Source: Tubiluchus corallicola
Taxonomy: Eukaryota; Animalia; Priapulida
Direction of reading: 5' to 3'
Length of the DNA: 64,000 bases
NCBI GenBank assembly: GCA_030141605.1
Contig: JAQGDQ010000238.1
Coordinates: 186,001 to 250,000, forward strand
In this document: in pieces, positions 24,531-38,844 of the stretch
How positions within the stretch are numbered: the first letter of the stretch is position 1
Layout: every line of letters begins with the position of its first letter
The notes under the pieces: model-generated
The model's database searches: none
Told to the model about the DNA's origin: nothing
What the model saw: only the letters and a program-made list of their open reading frames with translations
Program-made: the position numbers and the translations under genes

Positions 24531-26675
24531 GACCCTACTAGGGTAACCTGATTTTCTTCTCTTTTTCACATTTTGAGAAAGCTTTTACAATGTCTCAACT
24601 TCTTCAGAGTTCTGCAGTACAATATGTACGACCTGTGTAAATTTTTCTGATTTGATGTTAATTATTTTGTTATTTTGGTTATTCTGTTTTTTGTACATGT
24701 GTTTGTTCTGTAGTGTTGTTGTGAAAAAAATAAATTACGAATTTCTAAATCCATTTGTTTACAAAGGTATTGCAAAAAAACTTTCTGTGTGACACCAACA
24801 AAAAAGTGTGACACCAACTACTTTCTTTTCGACTTTTCAAAAAACGTCACTCGTCAAGGATAAAAAAGTGTAGACCAGGTAGAATACTTAAATTATTTTT
24901 CTCATACACGCTGGACAGCAGAATGACGAAAATAAGTAATGTAATCACGCTGATAATGATTTCTTCGCTGACCAATAATGCCATTGATAAACAGACGTTT
25001 CAGGATCTTATCAGAAGTTCAACACAGTTTCCTATCAACAACTGAGAAGCCTTTACAACAGCTACTTACCCAATTATTTCTGTATAAAGAACTGGAAACG
25101 TTACACCACAAAGGCAGATGACGGAAGCTGAGATAGTAACAGTGACATAATCGAAAACAAGCAGGCGCAATTAGGCTAAATTGTCGCCAATTTTCTACGA
25201 TAATTACATGACCTGGAAACGAGAGGGGGCAATATTTCTGGGAGGGAAGGCAGTTATCTCTGAATAGCTAAGCATCCATCTTTTGATAGAGAAGAAGGAT
25301 GCTAATAATTGGCCAATAATTAAGACAATACAGGCTAACTACAACCGTTAATTAATTTTGAGGCCTCCGCTAGAGGGTACACAATAGTGCAAGTCATTCT
25401 AGGTAATAATTATACGACTATAATCAGGTGCAATTTTCACTTAACCTCTTAAATGCCTATGCACCTTTAAGGGGGCTTTTGTCTTCACGTAGTATAATCT
25501 GTCAATACTGCTGCTTTTTACAGGTTACAAACTCAGGGAAAATGATCTACTAAACTTTATGAAAGAAAGCATTTTAATAAAATGCATGTGAAATATCAAA
25601 CCCCCTTCAGTTAGATGAAACCGTTTTTGTAACTTGCTGTTCTCTCATTTGGAGCCGCCCTGAGATTCAAGACTGACTGGCCAATTATTTTAATTGCACT
25701 GGTCAAACGCAGCTGCCGATCCTGTTATCAGGTTGACTAATGCATGTTCCATCAATGATGCTGAAGTTCTTACGTCTACTTTTTTGTAATCAAACTTATT
25801 TCACAAAACAAAAATTTTTTAATGAAGGTGGATATAAATGGGCAGTGATTTATTCTTATTTACTGGCATTGTCCGTATTACAGCGACTATATAGCTTAAC
25901 AAAATGTAGTTTTTGCCTAATTTAGGATACTAATATTTATATTTGTTTCGGATCTACATTATGAGCAACTTAGCCACTTAAAACGAGCGGCCATATTAAG
26001 ACCATTCTTGAAATGTTTTCACAAAGACAGTCCCGGAGAATTTTCTTCGTTGGTTCTTGACTTCTGCTACGCATTATGCCACTTCCTGTTATACACATTA
26101 TGTTTAAATTCTTATACATATAAAACGGCAGCATATACACATATACACTTAATTAAGACTTTTTCTTGTTCACGTTCTTAAGCAATCTTTATTAATCGCT
26201 GAAAATTAATTTTTGAAAATAAACCCTACTGTTTCTCAAGTGTTTTTGGCAATTTGCGCTTTTACGAATCAAAAATCATTTTACTGTACCTTTAAACAAA
26301 AAATTATGACACATACTTTTAAAACTCAAAAAACCAAATCAGAAAAACAATAATGCAAAAACCTTTCCCCAAGGTAGCAGCGATTTGTGCTGACCAATTC
26401 GTGTAACATATTCTAATGGGGGTACACTAGTAAATTTTGCTGCGCTTGTTATTCCTGGCGCCTCACCTCCATTATAACTATGGTACGTCTTCCAAAATCA
26501 ACTTCTATTTTCATCACATAAAATCGTGCAGAAAATTTTGTTGCCGAAAGTCTATACACATTTTACAGGGTTTCTCTGTAGCTGAGCCAAGGTAGCTCCC
26601 TTTTGTATGTGTACGTATATATATCGATGGCGTCAGGATGTACATCAGGATGTAACAATATATATATATTGTTAG

Positions 26676-26875
26676 GGAAGCACCTGTGTCGGGTCAGGTG
26701 TAAGGCCCTCTACACGCCCTGCTTCCACGTCAGCAGCGACTCACACCTTTCTTGTAGGTCCAGACGTCTTGTTTGGGCCTACAAGTGGTGTGAGAAGCCG
26801 GCTGACCTGGAATACCAGCATAAAAGCGTGTAGAGGTCACTACAGCCTTGCCTTGACTTCTGACACAAGTGCTCC
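26676..26875 (+). other. GC-rich ~200-nt imperfect rod-like hairpin (candidate structured RNA, or part of a solo LTR)
   Basis: Successive helices: 26680-690/26862-872, 26693-698/26852-857, 26700-706/26845-851, 26707-717/26826-836, 26729-734/26801-806, 26740-747/26787-794, 26751-765/26771-785, with a 5-nt terminal loop. Confidence 0.6.
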
Positions 26876-27078
26876 TCGGGCGCAGTGCTGTTACTGAGTT
26901 AGTTATTTTTTTGTGCGTGTGTATTTTGTTCCATATTTTTATTATTGCTGATAATAAACTCCGTGCAGTGTAACTTTTGTGTTTGATTTTATGAAAGTTA
27001 AATGACATGCTATAACAGGTATATGGTATTAGCTTACAGACATTAACTTAGTTAATTAGCATAAGATTTGTAATTAAA

Positions 27079-27195
27079 ATTAACATTTGTAGTTAAGTAA
27101 TCAGTTACACAACGATACTAAAATGGATCTTCATGATGCGCAATATCAAGACCGCCATGCCATCTTGGAGCTTTGGAGTTCGACCCCCTGAGTCG

Positions 27196-27235
<40 letters not shown>

Positions 27236-27348
27236 CTGAATTCGACACAGGTGGTCGAACTCCAAGATGGCATAACGGTCTTGATATTGAGCATCATGAA
27301 GATCCATTTTAGTATCGTGTAACTGATTACTTAACTACAAATGTTAAT
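27079..27348. repeat. Inverted repeat (~110-bp arms) centred on a (TA)n tract
   Basis: attaacatttgtagttaagtaatcagttacac...gtcgaa / (TA)n ~27198-27230 / ttcgac...gtgtaactgattacttaactacaaatgttaat. Confidence 0.85.
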
Positions 27349-27399
27349 ATATATACAAATATACATATGCATGCATGTATGCTCAGAATTTTCACTTTA

Positions 27400-27832
27400 A
27401 AAATAAGGGGTCTCTTATACATGGGAGTAAGTCTTTTCAATAAGATGCATAAATTGTGACACTAATGATTTTAAAGAAATAAGTGCTCTACAACTGTTTT
27501 ATTTCGAATAATTATAGTTTCCTTTCAATAAATCTTCTCCATGGCTAAATTCTAATGATAAAATTAATGTACCGGGTAAGTTATTATTTTTTTAAATGTC
27601 AAAAGAGGACAATGCCATTTTTGAGCAGAGTGACTCCTCTGATGATGAACTGGCTGGAATTGCTGAAGGTCTGACTCCAGTTGATATTTTTGATGAGAGT
27701 GATGAGGAATTTAATGATTTCTATGATGAATAAAGTTATTCATTACCAAAAAACTTTTTTCCAGAATTTTTGCCTAAAAATTGAAGGGGTCTCTTATACA
27801 CAAGGGTCTCTTATACATTGGAAAATACGGTA
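27400..27832 (+). mobile_element. Tc1/mariner superfamily (pogo/Tc2-like) 3' end remnant
   Basis: Terminal ggaaaatacgg|TA with repeated gggtctcttatac subterminal motifs, plus an acidic tail (FDESDEEFNDF) typical of pogo-type transposase C-termini. Confidence 0.65.
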
Positions 27833-30800
27833 CTTGTTAATAATAGTAGAATAGGGTAGTTCGGTTAATATCTTTTTGTACTTGTTACAGTATAGGATGG
27901 ATTACTGTGATGTATTATGAATATCGTGCGATATGGAAACTTGATTTAAATGTTTGTGATTTTTAACAAATCGGTTTTTTTAACAAGTAGTCGGCTGAAT
28001 TTGTACTACTCATTTTCTCTGTTATCTCTGTTATTTTGTTGGGTGAGTATATACTGACCACCATTGTAGTGATGGAGTTATATTTATAATGGGATGCTGA
28101 CTATGTAATAAATGCCATGGTAAGTCATCACCTGATCTATTGCGTACAATATGTTTTGGAGTTTCTTGCCTTGACAAAAAAGCAGAGCTTCATTTCCTCC
28201 AGCAATTGGTAGTTGCTGACACACTCAGTACAAGAACTATAAATAATTATCAAATTAGGCAATTTACTCACCTGCAAACAGAAAGTGAAATTTATTCTGG
28301 TAAATTTATAATAAGATGCGAGTGCACTTTTTTCAAGAGAACATCTCTAAATTAATCCAGATGCAAGTATCCAAAATGCAGATGCAGTATTAGAAGTCGG
28401 TCTCTACTGTATTTATCGATATCATAAACCACCGTAAGCCTAGCTCTAATAAGCGATAACGCTAAATAAGAAATGTCGCACTGCTGACTAAAATTATGAT
28501 TTGTTGATTATAATTGCAGTCTCGTGGCATAAAAGTCACAAGATGGTAGAAATTGGGACTCTTATATAATACTACCATTTTTTGTATCTAGATAGTTGTA
28601 TATTCACGTATCTGACTTATGCCTTGTATTATTACCAACAACTTTGTAAAACTATTTCACTGATTGTGTTTCTATATTGTTTAGGCTTCGCAAGGTGTGT
28701 TTCCTTTATTTGCTGAAAGAAGAGACGTTATACGTGTACCAGATGACAGCCCGTTAAAATTATCTTTCAAAGAAGAAATTCAGAAACAAAAGAAACCGCA
28801 AGAGGGCAGCTACTGGATTACACTAATTTCATCCAAATAGTTCATATCAGCATTAGCTATCAAAAATACAGAGACATGGGACGTTGTTAGTGACAGGGCA
28901 GTGTGACCTAAAGTGATTACATCAGAATCACGTTAGAGAACGTGTGACTCCACAAATGCATGAATGTTGTTAAATAAAAAAATCTCATGGTAAAGAAATG
29001 AAGAAAGGATTCTTGACATTAGAAACTTTTCACAGTTATTCTTGTAATTACCATTGGCATTAACCATAGCTATTTTCAATGTATAAATAAAATTCTGTAA
29101 ACATTTTAGTGTAATTTGTATGTATGCCAAAATAAACGTTTGAGTTTTGAACTTTAAAATAATTATAGTAATTTCGCACAATAAAGAGGTTAGATCTATA
29201 TATGTCTCACAGCTGTCAAAACCATATTGACTAACAATTTTGGTCACATGTGCATTTTATGCATGGCTAAAGTGAACAAATAAAAATTTAGTTCAATGCT
29301 TGCATAGCTGTAGCCACGTGTTACATAACGTATACATTGTTTCGAATGCTCACATTAAACCGCCATTATCATAATCTTTCACGCTTTCTTGAATCACAGA
29401 CGTTATACGCTTAAGGAGCAATCCGATTTAGAGAAAGAGCTTATTTTATTCTTGAACGAAGCATTGTCTCATCTTATATATCCCAGCCTTCTTATTTTGA
29501 TCTTACAAGTCACTGATAAGGTAAGCATGGTATTATATCGGTACCTTTGCTCGCAAGGAGGAGTCTTGGTACCCAGTGAACATGCATTATCGGTTAATCT
29601 TTGTCCTGTCTTTAAATGAGCACTGGTCGCTTAAGTCTTACAAAATACTTGGCGAATTTAAGAAGATCAAGCGCTGTGTCGAAATTAAGAAGCGAATAAT
29701 ACTTTACCATCGTGGGGCTTTAGTTAGGCACAGTATTTCATCCTACTTTACTCTGTTGGAGAAGACTAATTCTAAGTACATAGTTCGTACAGCGTGTAAT
29801 TTTTGGATTACGGATAGGCCGATTATCAGGCATTAATCCTGTACGTGATTCTGATTTGAATCGTTCTTTGTCCTTTATGCTATAAATAACGTTAATAATA
29901 AAATCAGTTTATGGCAGTCTCGTCTGGTTTGCTTGTTTTCGTTACTATTTACTTTTTCTTTTCATTTTTCTTCGATTTGCCATTCTTTTTACTTCTTACA
30001 TTACCTTGTATTGTTTTACCTTGCTTTCAAATCTTTAAATTTGAATGCCCAATGTTGCTCTAGGTATCAGCAATTAAGATAACTTTTAAGGTAACTTCGA
30101 AAAGGTAACCACAAAGCGTAATTAAACGAAAGTAGAACAAATCAAAATTCTTTTTGCACCTCATTTTACACTTACGAGAGTTTACGTGTTGAACGAGTTA
30201 CTGAATGCGTCACTAAATGCACTAATTGCATCCATACAAAAGTGTTTGGAAAAGAATTACTAGTATTCGCCAGAAACAACGTTAAAATATTGACAGAACA
30301 CATCCGGGTTGTTTTTAGCCTGTACACGCGTCTATTTACAGAAATCACATTTTCCTTCCTAAATAGCGAGCATCAATTGAGCTAGGCGTACCTATAAAAA
30401 TATTTTTATACGAACGTGAAAATATTTCTTTTTGGGAGGTAAAAAGAAGAACAGATCGTTTCAAAAACAACAGTGGTCGCGTGTAAATAGATACAACCTT
30501 GATTTGTCTCATCTTAGTCTAAACTGGCACTTCATGGACCGCTGGTATCTATGGACGCAAGTTTACATTGTTTTCCGGTTTAGCATTCATCAAAGTAAAA
30601 CTTATTAGTTTGTTTATGTTAAAATTTCTTGTGCCTGCATGTCAACGAGAAGATAAAAAATATTATTAATAAAAAATACACAATAACAATTTTGAGGTTT
30701 ATTCAACATCTGTGATTCTCACTGAAACTATGATTTTTCAAACGTTCTTAAGAATAATTCTCATTCTCTGCTTAACGATAAATTTCATTAAGACAATATT

Positions 30801-33800
30801 TCTGCGTGACTCGTTATCTAAAATTTAAAGCCGTCATTTTTTTGTTAGATTTAGATTTTGGAACGCTCCTTTTCTTCCTGTCTTTGGCCTAGATTCTAGA
30901 GCTTTTCTACCTACTGAGGCTACTATGACTGGCCTGAAGGTGATGTGTTCATTTGTATTCTGCTAAATATCTGTAATTTTTCTTTTATTTCGCTTTCCAA
31001 TTTTACTGTCTCATCTAGAATAATGGCCAATCTTCAGCAAATATCGCTGCTTTTAGATTCTAATGTCCACTAAAATGAGGCGATGGTGCGTAAGTCCATA
31101 AAAGTAGCCATCAGGGAAGCAAATTCAGAACGGGTCCGCACATCTGACCCGGCAGTAAGATTTTGCAATCTATAATATATAATAATAATATTCTTCATTG
31201 CAATTAATGTACACAAACTATACTGTACAAAATACATATACATAAAATTTCTGTGTACAAACAGTCAGAGGACTGATGAAAGCAATCGAGTCTACTAAAT
31301 TTACTTTAAAATCTGCAATCATTAATTAATTTCTACATAATTTTAACACTCACAAAATTCTAACATTACAAAACAAAACTTCATCTATCAAGTATAAGAT
31401 GAAAATGATACGAGAGCTTTTCTAGATTTAATAAAAAGATTAGAACTCGGAATTTTTTGCGATGGCAGATAAAATCAACAATGACCTTAGAGTAATTGTT
31501 CTATTAAAACTTCTCAAAATCTTGAATTAAACATTACTAAACTCAAGACGTTTGCTACTGAATTTATCCTTATCGAAATTATTAATTGCCAGAAAATTAG
31601 TTTGCCTCACAATCTTACTTTAGGAACTACAACATTAAATATACCACAAATCATTATTACTGTATTAAGTACTGTATTAAGTACTGTAAAAGTACTGTAT
31701 TAAGAATTTTTAGAGCTGCACTTGTATTTTCACTTTATATAATAATAATAAAATTCTCTATCGCTGCTAAAATAACACATCGTTGAACTGTAAACTACAA
31801 ATTCAAAAATTAATAGTGTAATCAGTGTTTTCACGGCTGTGAGCAATAGTGTTAAAAATGTGTTTACAATTAAAAATACAAGTGAGGTTGTAATTAATAA
31901 CATTAGACTTAAGACTCATTTAAGACTTTGGAACTTTACAATATTTAGAAATTGAAACTGAAATTGGGATGCTTTTTGGATGTTTTGTGTTAGTGACTTG
32001 AGTGTTTTGTGTGTGGTGGGTTTTAATTTGTATGTATGATGTTAATGCATGACAGGTTTTACAATCCTAGCCTTTTACTCTTAGTTGGCCCAGGCCATCT
32101 GCGTAAAATCATTTGATAATAAGAATAAACATTGAGATAAATTATTTGAGGTACAAAGTTGTCAGAATATGCAGTCTGAGAGATATTCATCTAGAACGTA
32201 CGCTTTATACCTAAAATAATCACAGTTCATGATTGTAAAATAATGAAGTACCGTGTTAGTGGTGTTTGTATGAGCAGACAGTAAGTCCGCCATGTACGTG
32301 TCAAAGCCTGATGTCAATGATGTGACATGATGACATTACTGGCAAACGTTGTCACCAAACTGGCAGACAGCGGAGTGAAATAAACAGCCAGATAATGATC
32401 ACTTGCTGAATAATAGGAAAGTAAATGTTCACCGCAGCACGCATGCGCACATGATGATTCTCTGATCACTGCAGAATTCCTTTAGTAGGCTCACTAATAA
32501 TAGACCCTATTTACTCAACCAGAATTAAAATTTATTAATATAATTTCAGCGACTTTAATCGACAGGCATCTACACAGTTTTACCTGTTTCATTACATCTC
32601 TGGAGCAAAAAGTTGTGGTGCACATCAAAACGTCAAAGGTTAGAGTTTTTGATTGATTTCGCACGAAATTTTCGCTGTCACATGTACGCGTGTAAACAGC
32701 GACTAGACGTGTGCGTTATTGAGGAAAAAATGCAAAATAATAACTGTCTTCAAAGCAGCAACAATGAGCCTATGGCCTGAGAATAAAAAAAATGTAAACT
32801 ACGGAATAAACGTAAAGTTGTTAAAATCGAAAAAAATTATACATTTAAAATAACTGCAGAAGGGGTTGCGATGTAAGCTACAAGCTGCATTATATTACAT
32901 TTTGCTAAAACAATACGCAATGCCTGCAAGTGGGAATAAAGTTAATTAGCAATAGTAAAACAGTGGTATAGCAATGTTGGTATGTTGATACCTTTGATAC
33001 CTATCACAAGCACAAAAGCAAGTTTTACCACAGCAGACAGCTTGCAAGCTGCTACCATGCTCGCCATTTTACGTAATACATCGTCTATCCTATGGCGATT
33101 TTAACACATAAACCAATTTTATCACCTCGCTGTCTGCTACTTAGTGTCAAACTTCTACTAAATAATAAGCAGGTTGATATTATAATTATCAAGTATGAAG
33201 TCAGCTAGTTCATTGCTCAGCTGGCAAGAAAATACATGGAGAAATAATGACGGCCATTATCAGGGCCGTATTCAAGTTTTACATTGTCAGGCACTGGCGA
33301 TCTTACCCAAATAACACGATCAATAACGATAGCAGTCATACACTGTGTAGATAATATATGAACGTGATAAATGAATTTTAAACGATAATTTATTATGGTT
33401 TGTAAAGGCGTGTAGTCTACGTAAGTCATATAAACATAAAGTGTTGAACTGAAAAACAAAAAAACAACAACAACAATAGTGTGAACAGACCTTTATCAGG
33501 ACAATTTGCGCGCAAATATTAAATCAATTATTTTGTCTTTTTTGATTTTGTTTAAAATAAAGAAAATATAAGCTATAGCAATGTATAAAATATCTCAAAT
33601 TAACCTATAATTGCAAGACATAGCAAGCAATTAATTAATATTTTTCCTTTGATGGCGACTAAATATTTATTAGACACCATGTCGGCATATAAAATTTTAA
33701 GTTTTAGTCGCAGGGAAACAAAGCATTTTGTCACATTTAATTTTAAATAAATAAAATGTAGGTCTTGAATACGAATAATTACGAATAAAAGACAGTACGA

Positions 33801-36800
33801 TACGACCATAAGTTCCTAGTCCATCAGCCAGTCATGTCTGAGTGAAAAACATGTAGTAACTTCCGAGCAAACCAATATCTATCTTCAAGAATCTTGACTC
33901 TTTAAGCGATTCAGCAACAATTAGGTCTTGTAAACGGCAACTTACTTAGATGAAATTTACTGATGTCTGCGATTTGCCCCCAAATCTGTCTGCCCGTGTT
34001 TACACTTTAAACGACTTTTATGCCACATTTACGTAATCATGAATTTGCTTACAGATTTTTCATTATGGAGTCTTTGCATGAGATTAGTGTAATTCGATGA
34101 TAATGTAATTAAAAGCGCTTCCTGATTTGGTTGCTTGCGAAGAGTTAAGTATGCGTGACGTCACGGCAAGCCATTACGGTAAACATATGGATAAGTTATA
34201 ACATAGGGATAAAAGTCATTTTCACGCATTAGCTCCACTAATACATAGCCGAAATTTAATAATAAGGCTGAAATGAAATTGTTTCTCAAATAGTGCATAA
34301 ATTTGATGTAACTAATTTGTATTTTTGAGTTAACTAGTGCATAAGAATCGCTCCAGTCTCAACCACAGTTGAATCGATGGTAAGCCCAATTTCTGTGCGT
34401 GAAATTTATTTGTGCTTTTTAAACTTCACAAGCTGTAAAGTTTCATAAAAATGTATGTAAATTTAATATTGTAAAATGGTTTATAAATAGTAGAATGGTG
34501 GTAAATTTGTATACTAGCTATTCGTGTTTCTTGCTTAACACTCACCAAACATTATTATAGTTTGCAAATTCCTGCAGGGAGAGACGGTGAGTACGCCTTT
34601 TTGATGTGCGGTTTACAGTAGAGCTGTAAACGATAGTTGCTAAAGCTTCGGAAAGATGGCACCACCATCCAGCAGTGGCTGCATGCCGCGTACAACGTTA
34701 ATTTCGTGGTTACACACTAGTGATCATAGCAATTAGAATAATGGAATATTACCTACCTAGAATAATATTTCTACTGCAAAAAATTCCTATCATTTTAAAC
34801 TCTATCACTTAAAAATCATTTTATACGCATCATTTTAATTATTTTTAATCAACAATTTTGTTGACAGACGTTTGATAATTATCCTGTGCATGTCATTTTG
34901 ACCAGGCGTTGTTTAGTAGAGTACAAATTTATTACGAAAGCGTTTATTAACATTTATTAACATTTAGCATATTATTGCTAGTATGTAGCGTGAAAACATA
35001 CCAGAAAAGCCAGGCTTGCTGCAGTGGATTCATATGCTGCATCTGTGTTATATAATTACTAGACAAAAGCATATTCTATTGTATGTTTTATAAATGCCAG
35101 CCTCATATAAGTTTCTTGTATTTATGATTCAGTCTCGCACACAAAAATTTTATAAACTCTGAAACAGACTGCATGCATACAGCCACGTGAAACTACTAAG
35201 TTAAAATTTGTCACGAACATTTCTAAAATAAATAAACACAACAATTACTGAAAGGACCATAAATTAACCGATGGCGGTCACAGAAGACTAAAGAGGGTGT
35301 TACTTCTTAGCTTACTGCTTAAGTTTTTTTTAGTTTACTACCATTCATAAGTTATTTATTATTTATTATTTGTTGTTCTAACGAAAAATAGTAATTTATA
35401 TATTTCACATTTACTCGAAAGGCCCTCAGAGGGTGTCGATCTATTCAGTCATAAGTATGCTCTTCGACTGCTGTATGCAGCATTACATTGTCGCAAATTT
35501 GACTAAAATGACCACTGTCCGGTATAATAAATAGTGGTCATTAGACTGGGCGCCGGTGATGACATGATTTTAAAGCCGTGGACAGTGGTCAGGAAATACC
35601 GCTCAGGCGCCTAAATGTCAAATTCAGGCAACAGCCACACTTCTGGCCATTGTTTATGTTAAATGATTATGCCTCTGTGTCTTGTGACAATTCGCTTCTA
35701 GTTAGAATGCCATTAGAAAAGGCGCCTGTTCGCTCTACATTATTGCAAATGTATTATCTTTTCAGTCCATTTAAGTGAAGAAAAATTTTCAGAGAAAAGT
35801 GACACAAATATAGAAGACAGACAGAAGAAAATGAAAAGAAGAAAAACACTTATATACATCATTCTAGTGTTTTTGTATTATCTTTACCATCTTCATCATC
35901 ATCATCGTCGTCGTCGTCGTCGTCGCAGTCATCACCATATTTATCAACTTATCATTGTCATTTTGAAATCGTCAACAGCATCTTCACCAATGCTGTCACT
36001 GTAAGCGGTTTAATGCTGACGAAAACAAGTTTATGACGATCTTGATTGGGATTATGATGATGACATCAACAAAGGTGACAATAACATGGTCTTGTGTTTT
36101 TATGACGTCGTCACAAACAAAATAAATAAATCTAATCTAGCGTACAATCAATGGCAACCAGGTTCAAAAAATCCAATATTTAATTAGAGTTAATTTTGCC
36201 TTATTTTTTTCTCATCTTAATTGTTTTTTAGGCAAGTTTGACCATTAAGTAAGCTAGAAAGCGTTTATTGGTCTTTGCAGCTCACAGAAGTTTAGACTTA
36301 AGACCACTACTTGTCAGCAATTTTGTTCGTTAGACAGCATTGTTTGAATTCCTTGTTATTTTGTTGCGATGTTATATTGAGACGTATAAAAACGCTTTTC
36401 TGCACTTGTTAGATACAACTAGTTATCCCTGATAATCGAAGTTATAGCCAGATGAAATTTCAAGCTTCGGGCAACGAGTGAAATGTCACTGACATTTGAG
36501 ACGTCATATCATTCTGAATTAAATTCATACACCTGCCGCTGCAACTAAGAAATGCTCTGATATTAGGAAAAAATCTTCAGTAGCGTATCTAGTAGGACCG
36601 GTTAGTTGGAAAGAAACTTCGATCAGTGAGTCACGTAAAGGGAGGACGCTTTCAGGTTTGGACACGCCATTCGTGTGCCCGAAAAAATCCGATGTCAAAT
36701 AAAATACAATATTAGAATTAAACTTGCTTTACAATAGAATAAAATCAATCCACATCTGCTGGTCTGCGGGCAGCTGAGCTATGAGTTGTTGACCCAAAAG

Positions 36801-37410
36801 GCAATCCTACTCAAGTGTCACTTCGCCATGCTTACAAAACGCCATAACTTCGCTTTAAAACGCACACATTTCTCAACTTGACGAAGTTAAATGGACACAT
36901 TAATACTAATATAACCTCCAGCTTATGGGATACAACAACGAAGAATAAAGAATGACAGGTCTTTTACGAGATCCGCCACAGTCACCCCTGGATGACAGGG
37001 TTAACTATAATTCTCCAAAGTTCAATCGCATAAGTTGTTATTGTAGACCCACCTGCTCAAATCTAATTATTGAAGCTCAGCATGCAGAAACTCCCGCAGA
37101 ACACCTGAAAGAATCTGTGATGGTGGGCCACGATGAGATCCATATGTCCTTAACCCCAACACCATCAATGGTTTATTTTTCACAATTGACAGGTTTGTCA
37201 AATCAAGTCGAGAAAATGCCATCAAAGGTAAAAATCGTCGAAATGCTATCAATGTGTTATTGCAGACGAAATTAAAGCCAAAAATTACACGTATGATTTC
37301 ACATTTTAGCTCAATATTATTGTTTTCTTTTTTGATGATGTTGTTTTATTTCATTTATCTTGCATTCAATATTTCTTTCCAAACAAGCGAACATCTTTGC
37401 AAGAATCTAT

Positions 37411-37413
<3 letters not shown>

Positions 37414-37491
<78 letters not shown>
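37414..37491. repeat. (CT)n microsatellite; degenerate CT-rich tract also at 37730-37850
   Basis: Direct inspection. Confidence 0.95.
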
Positions 37492-38844
37492 TACGTTTAT
37501 ACGTCAGGCTGAATAACAGTGAAAATTTTATATGCAAGAACATTTTAAACAGTGATGCAAACTTTACTTCTGTAATTAGATGTCATTGGCGTAGTTTGTT
37601 ATATCGTTAATTGTTATTTGTGTTACTGTTGTGTTTCATGATTCATGATTTATTGTATTATTTGTATTAATTTGTGATGTGTTTATGAACTTTGTGAAGT
37701 TTGAAATAAAATATTAAATCTAAATCTAAATCTCTCTCTCGCTTTCTCTCTTTCTTTCTGTCTCTCTCTCCCTCTCTCTCCTCTCTCTCTCTCTTTCTTT
37801 CTCTCTCCCATCTCTTTTCCCCCTTCCTTTCCTTTCACTTCCTCTCCTTTCCTCATTCAAATTTTTGCTCCCCCACAACACCACCTCATTATTACGATAA
37901 CTACCTTTCAGCACTTAAAATAATGGCCATCCATGCAGATCCCTTTCAGTAAATTTTTCTGCCTTTTTTCGTTTTTGCTTCAGGCGAGTGTGTTGACCTG
38001 ACTAAATTATATGCGCCTCTTCAAGTGAAGAAAGAAAGTATACACAGGTAGACATCTCATAAGAAAATGTAATCGCTACGCGTTCTATTACTTGCTAAAA
38101 TATGAATAAGATATGTCAGCTCTCAAGATGAAAAGGAGATTTGGAAAGAATGCAGTAAGAATGTGAGCTAATATGACCTGGCCATGATTTTCATCTATGA
38201 GCCTCTACTTTTCACATGTCAAAGGCAATTACTGGAGCCTTATGAATAAGAACCACTTACATTTGTACAAAGGTGACAAGATTCTGGTGCCTATAATAAT
38301 TATATTAAGTACCAGAACGTCATGGGTAGGCGTAAAAAATAAACCAAGGTTCTGCATACAGATAGCTATGCTACTTTTGCGATAAGTACATATGGAAACA
38401 TAAATTTTCCTGTATGGCCCGAGCTTACGCATTTTTTTTCATTTGCAACTTGTTAATCAGACAAAAAATTCATCATATCTAGACAAAAGCAATTCGCTTA
38501 ACTTTCTCTAGCTAGTTGCTGACATGGTCTACTTAAATGAAAACAGGATGATTGATTAGACTCAATCTTATTTTAATTTACTGTCCAAAACAAAAGTTAG
38601 CAACTGTTTCTAGTATTTGAATAATTATATTGGACAGTTGATTTTCGGCAACCAAAGGCAGCTGTTGCTTACGTCACAAACTAACCACAGTTTGTGCAAT
38701 GCGTCAAGCACGTTTGTATAAGCGAAAATTGCTCTAAGATGCTGATGTGATATCACGAAAATGACTTCTACACCAATCTGACCTCGCAGACGCACACTCT
38801 AGTGCTGGAGCCACTAGCGCTAACAAGGTACAAAAAATCCAATG

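Noticed and set aside
31190-31720. LINE 3' tail on the minus strand
   Set aside because: A suggestive 3' stem-loop and AT-rich tail, but no confident protein motif.
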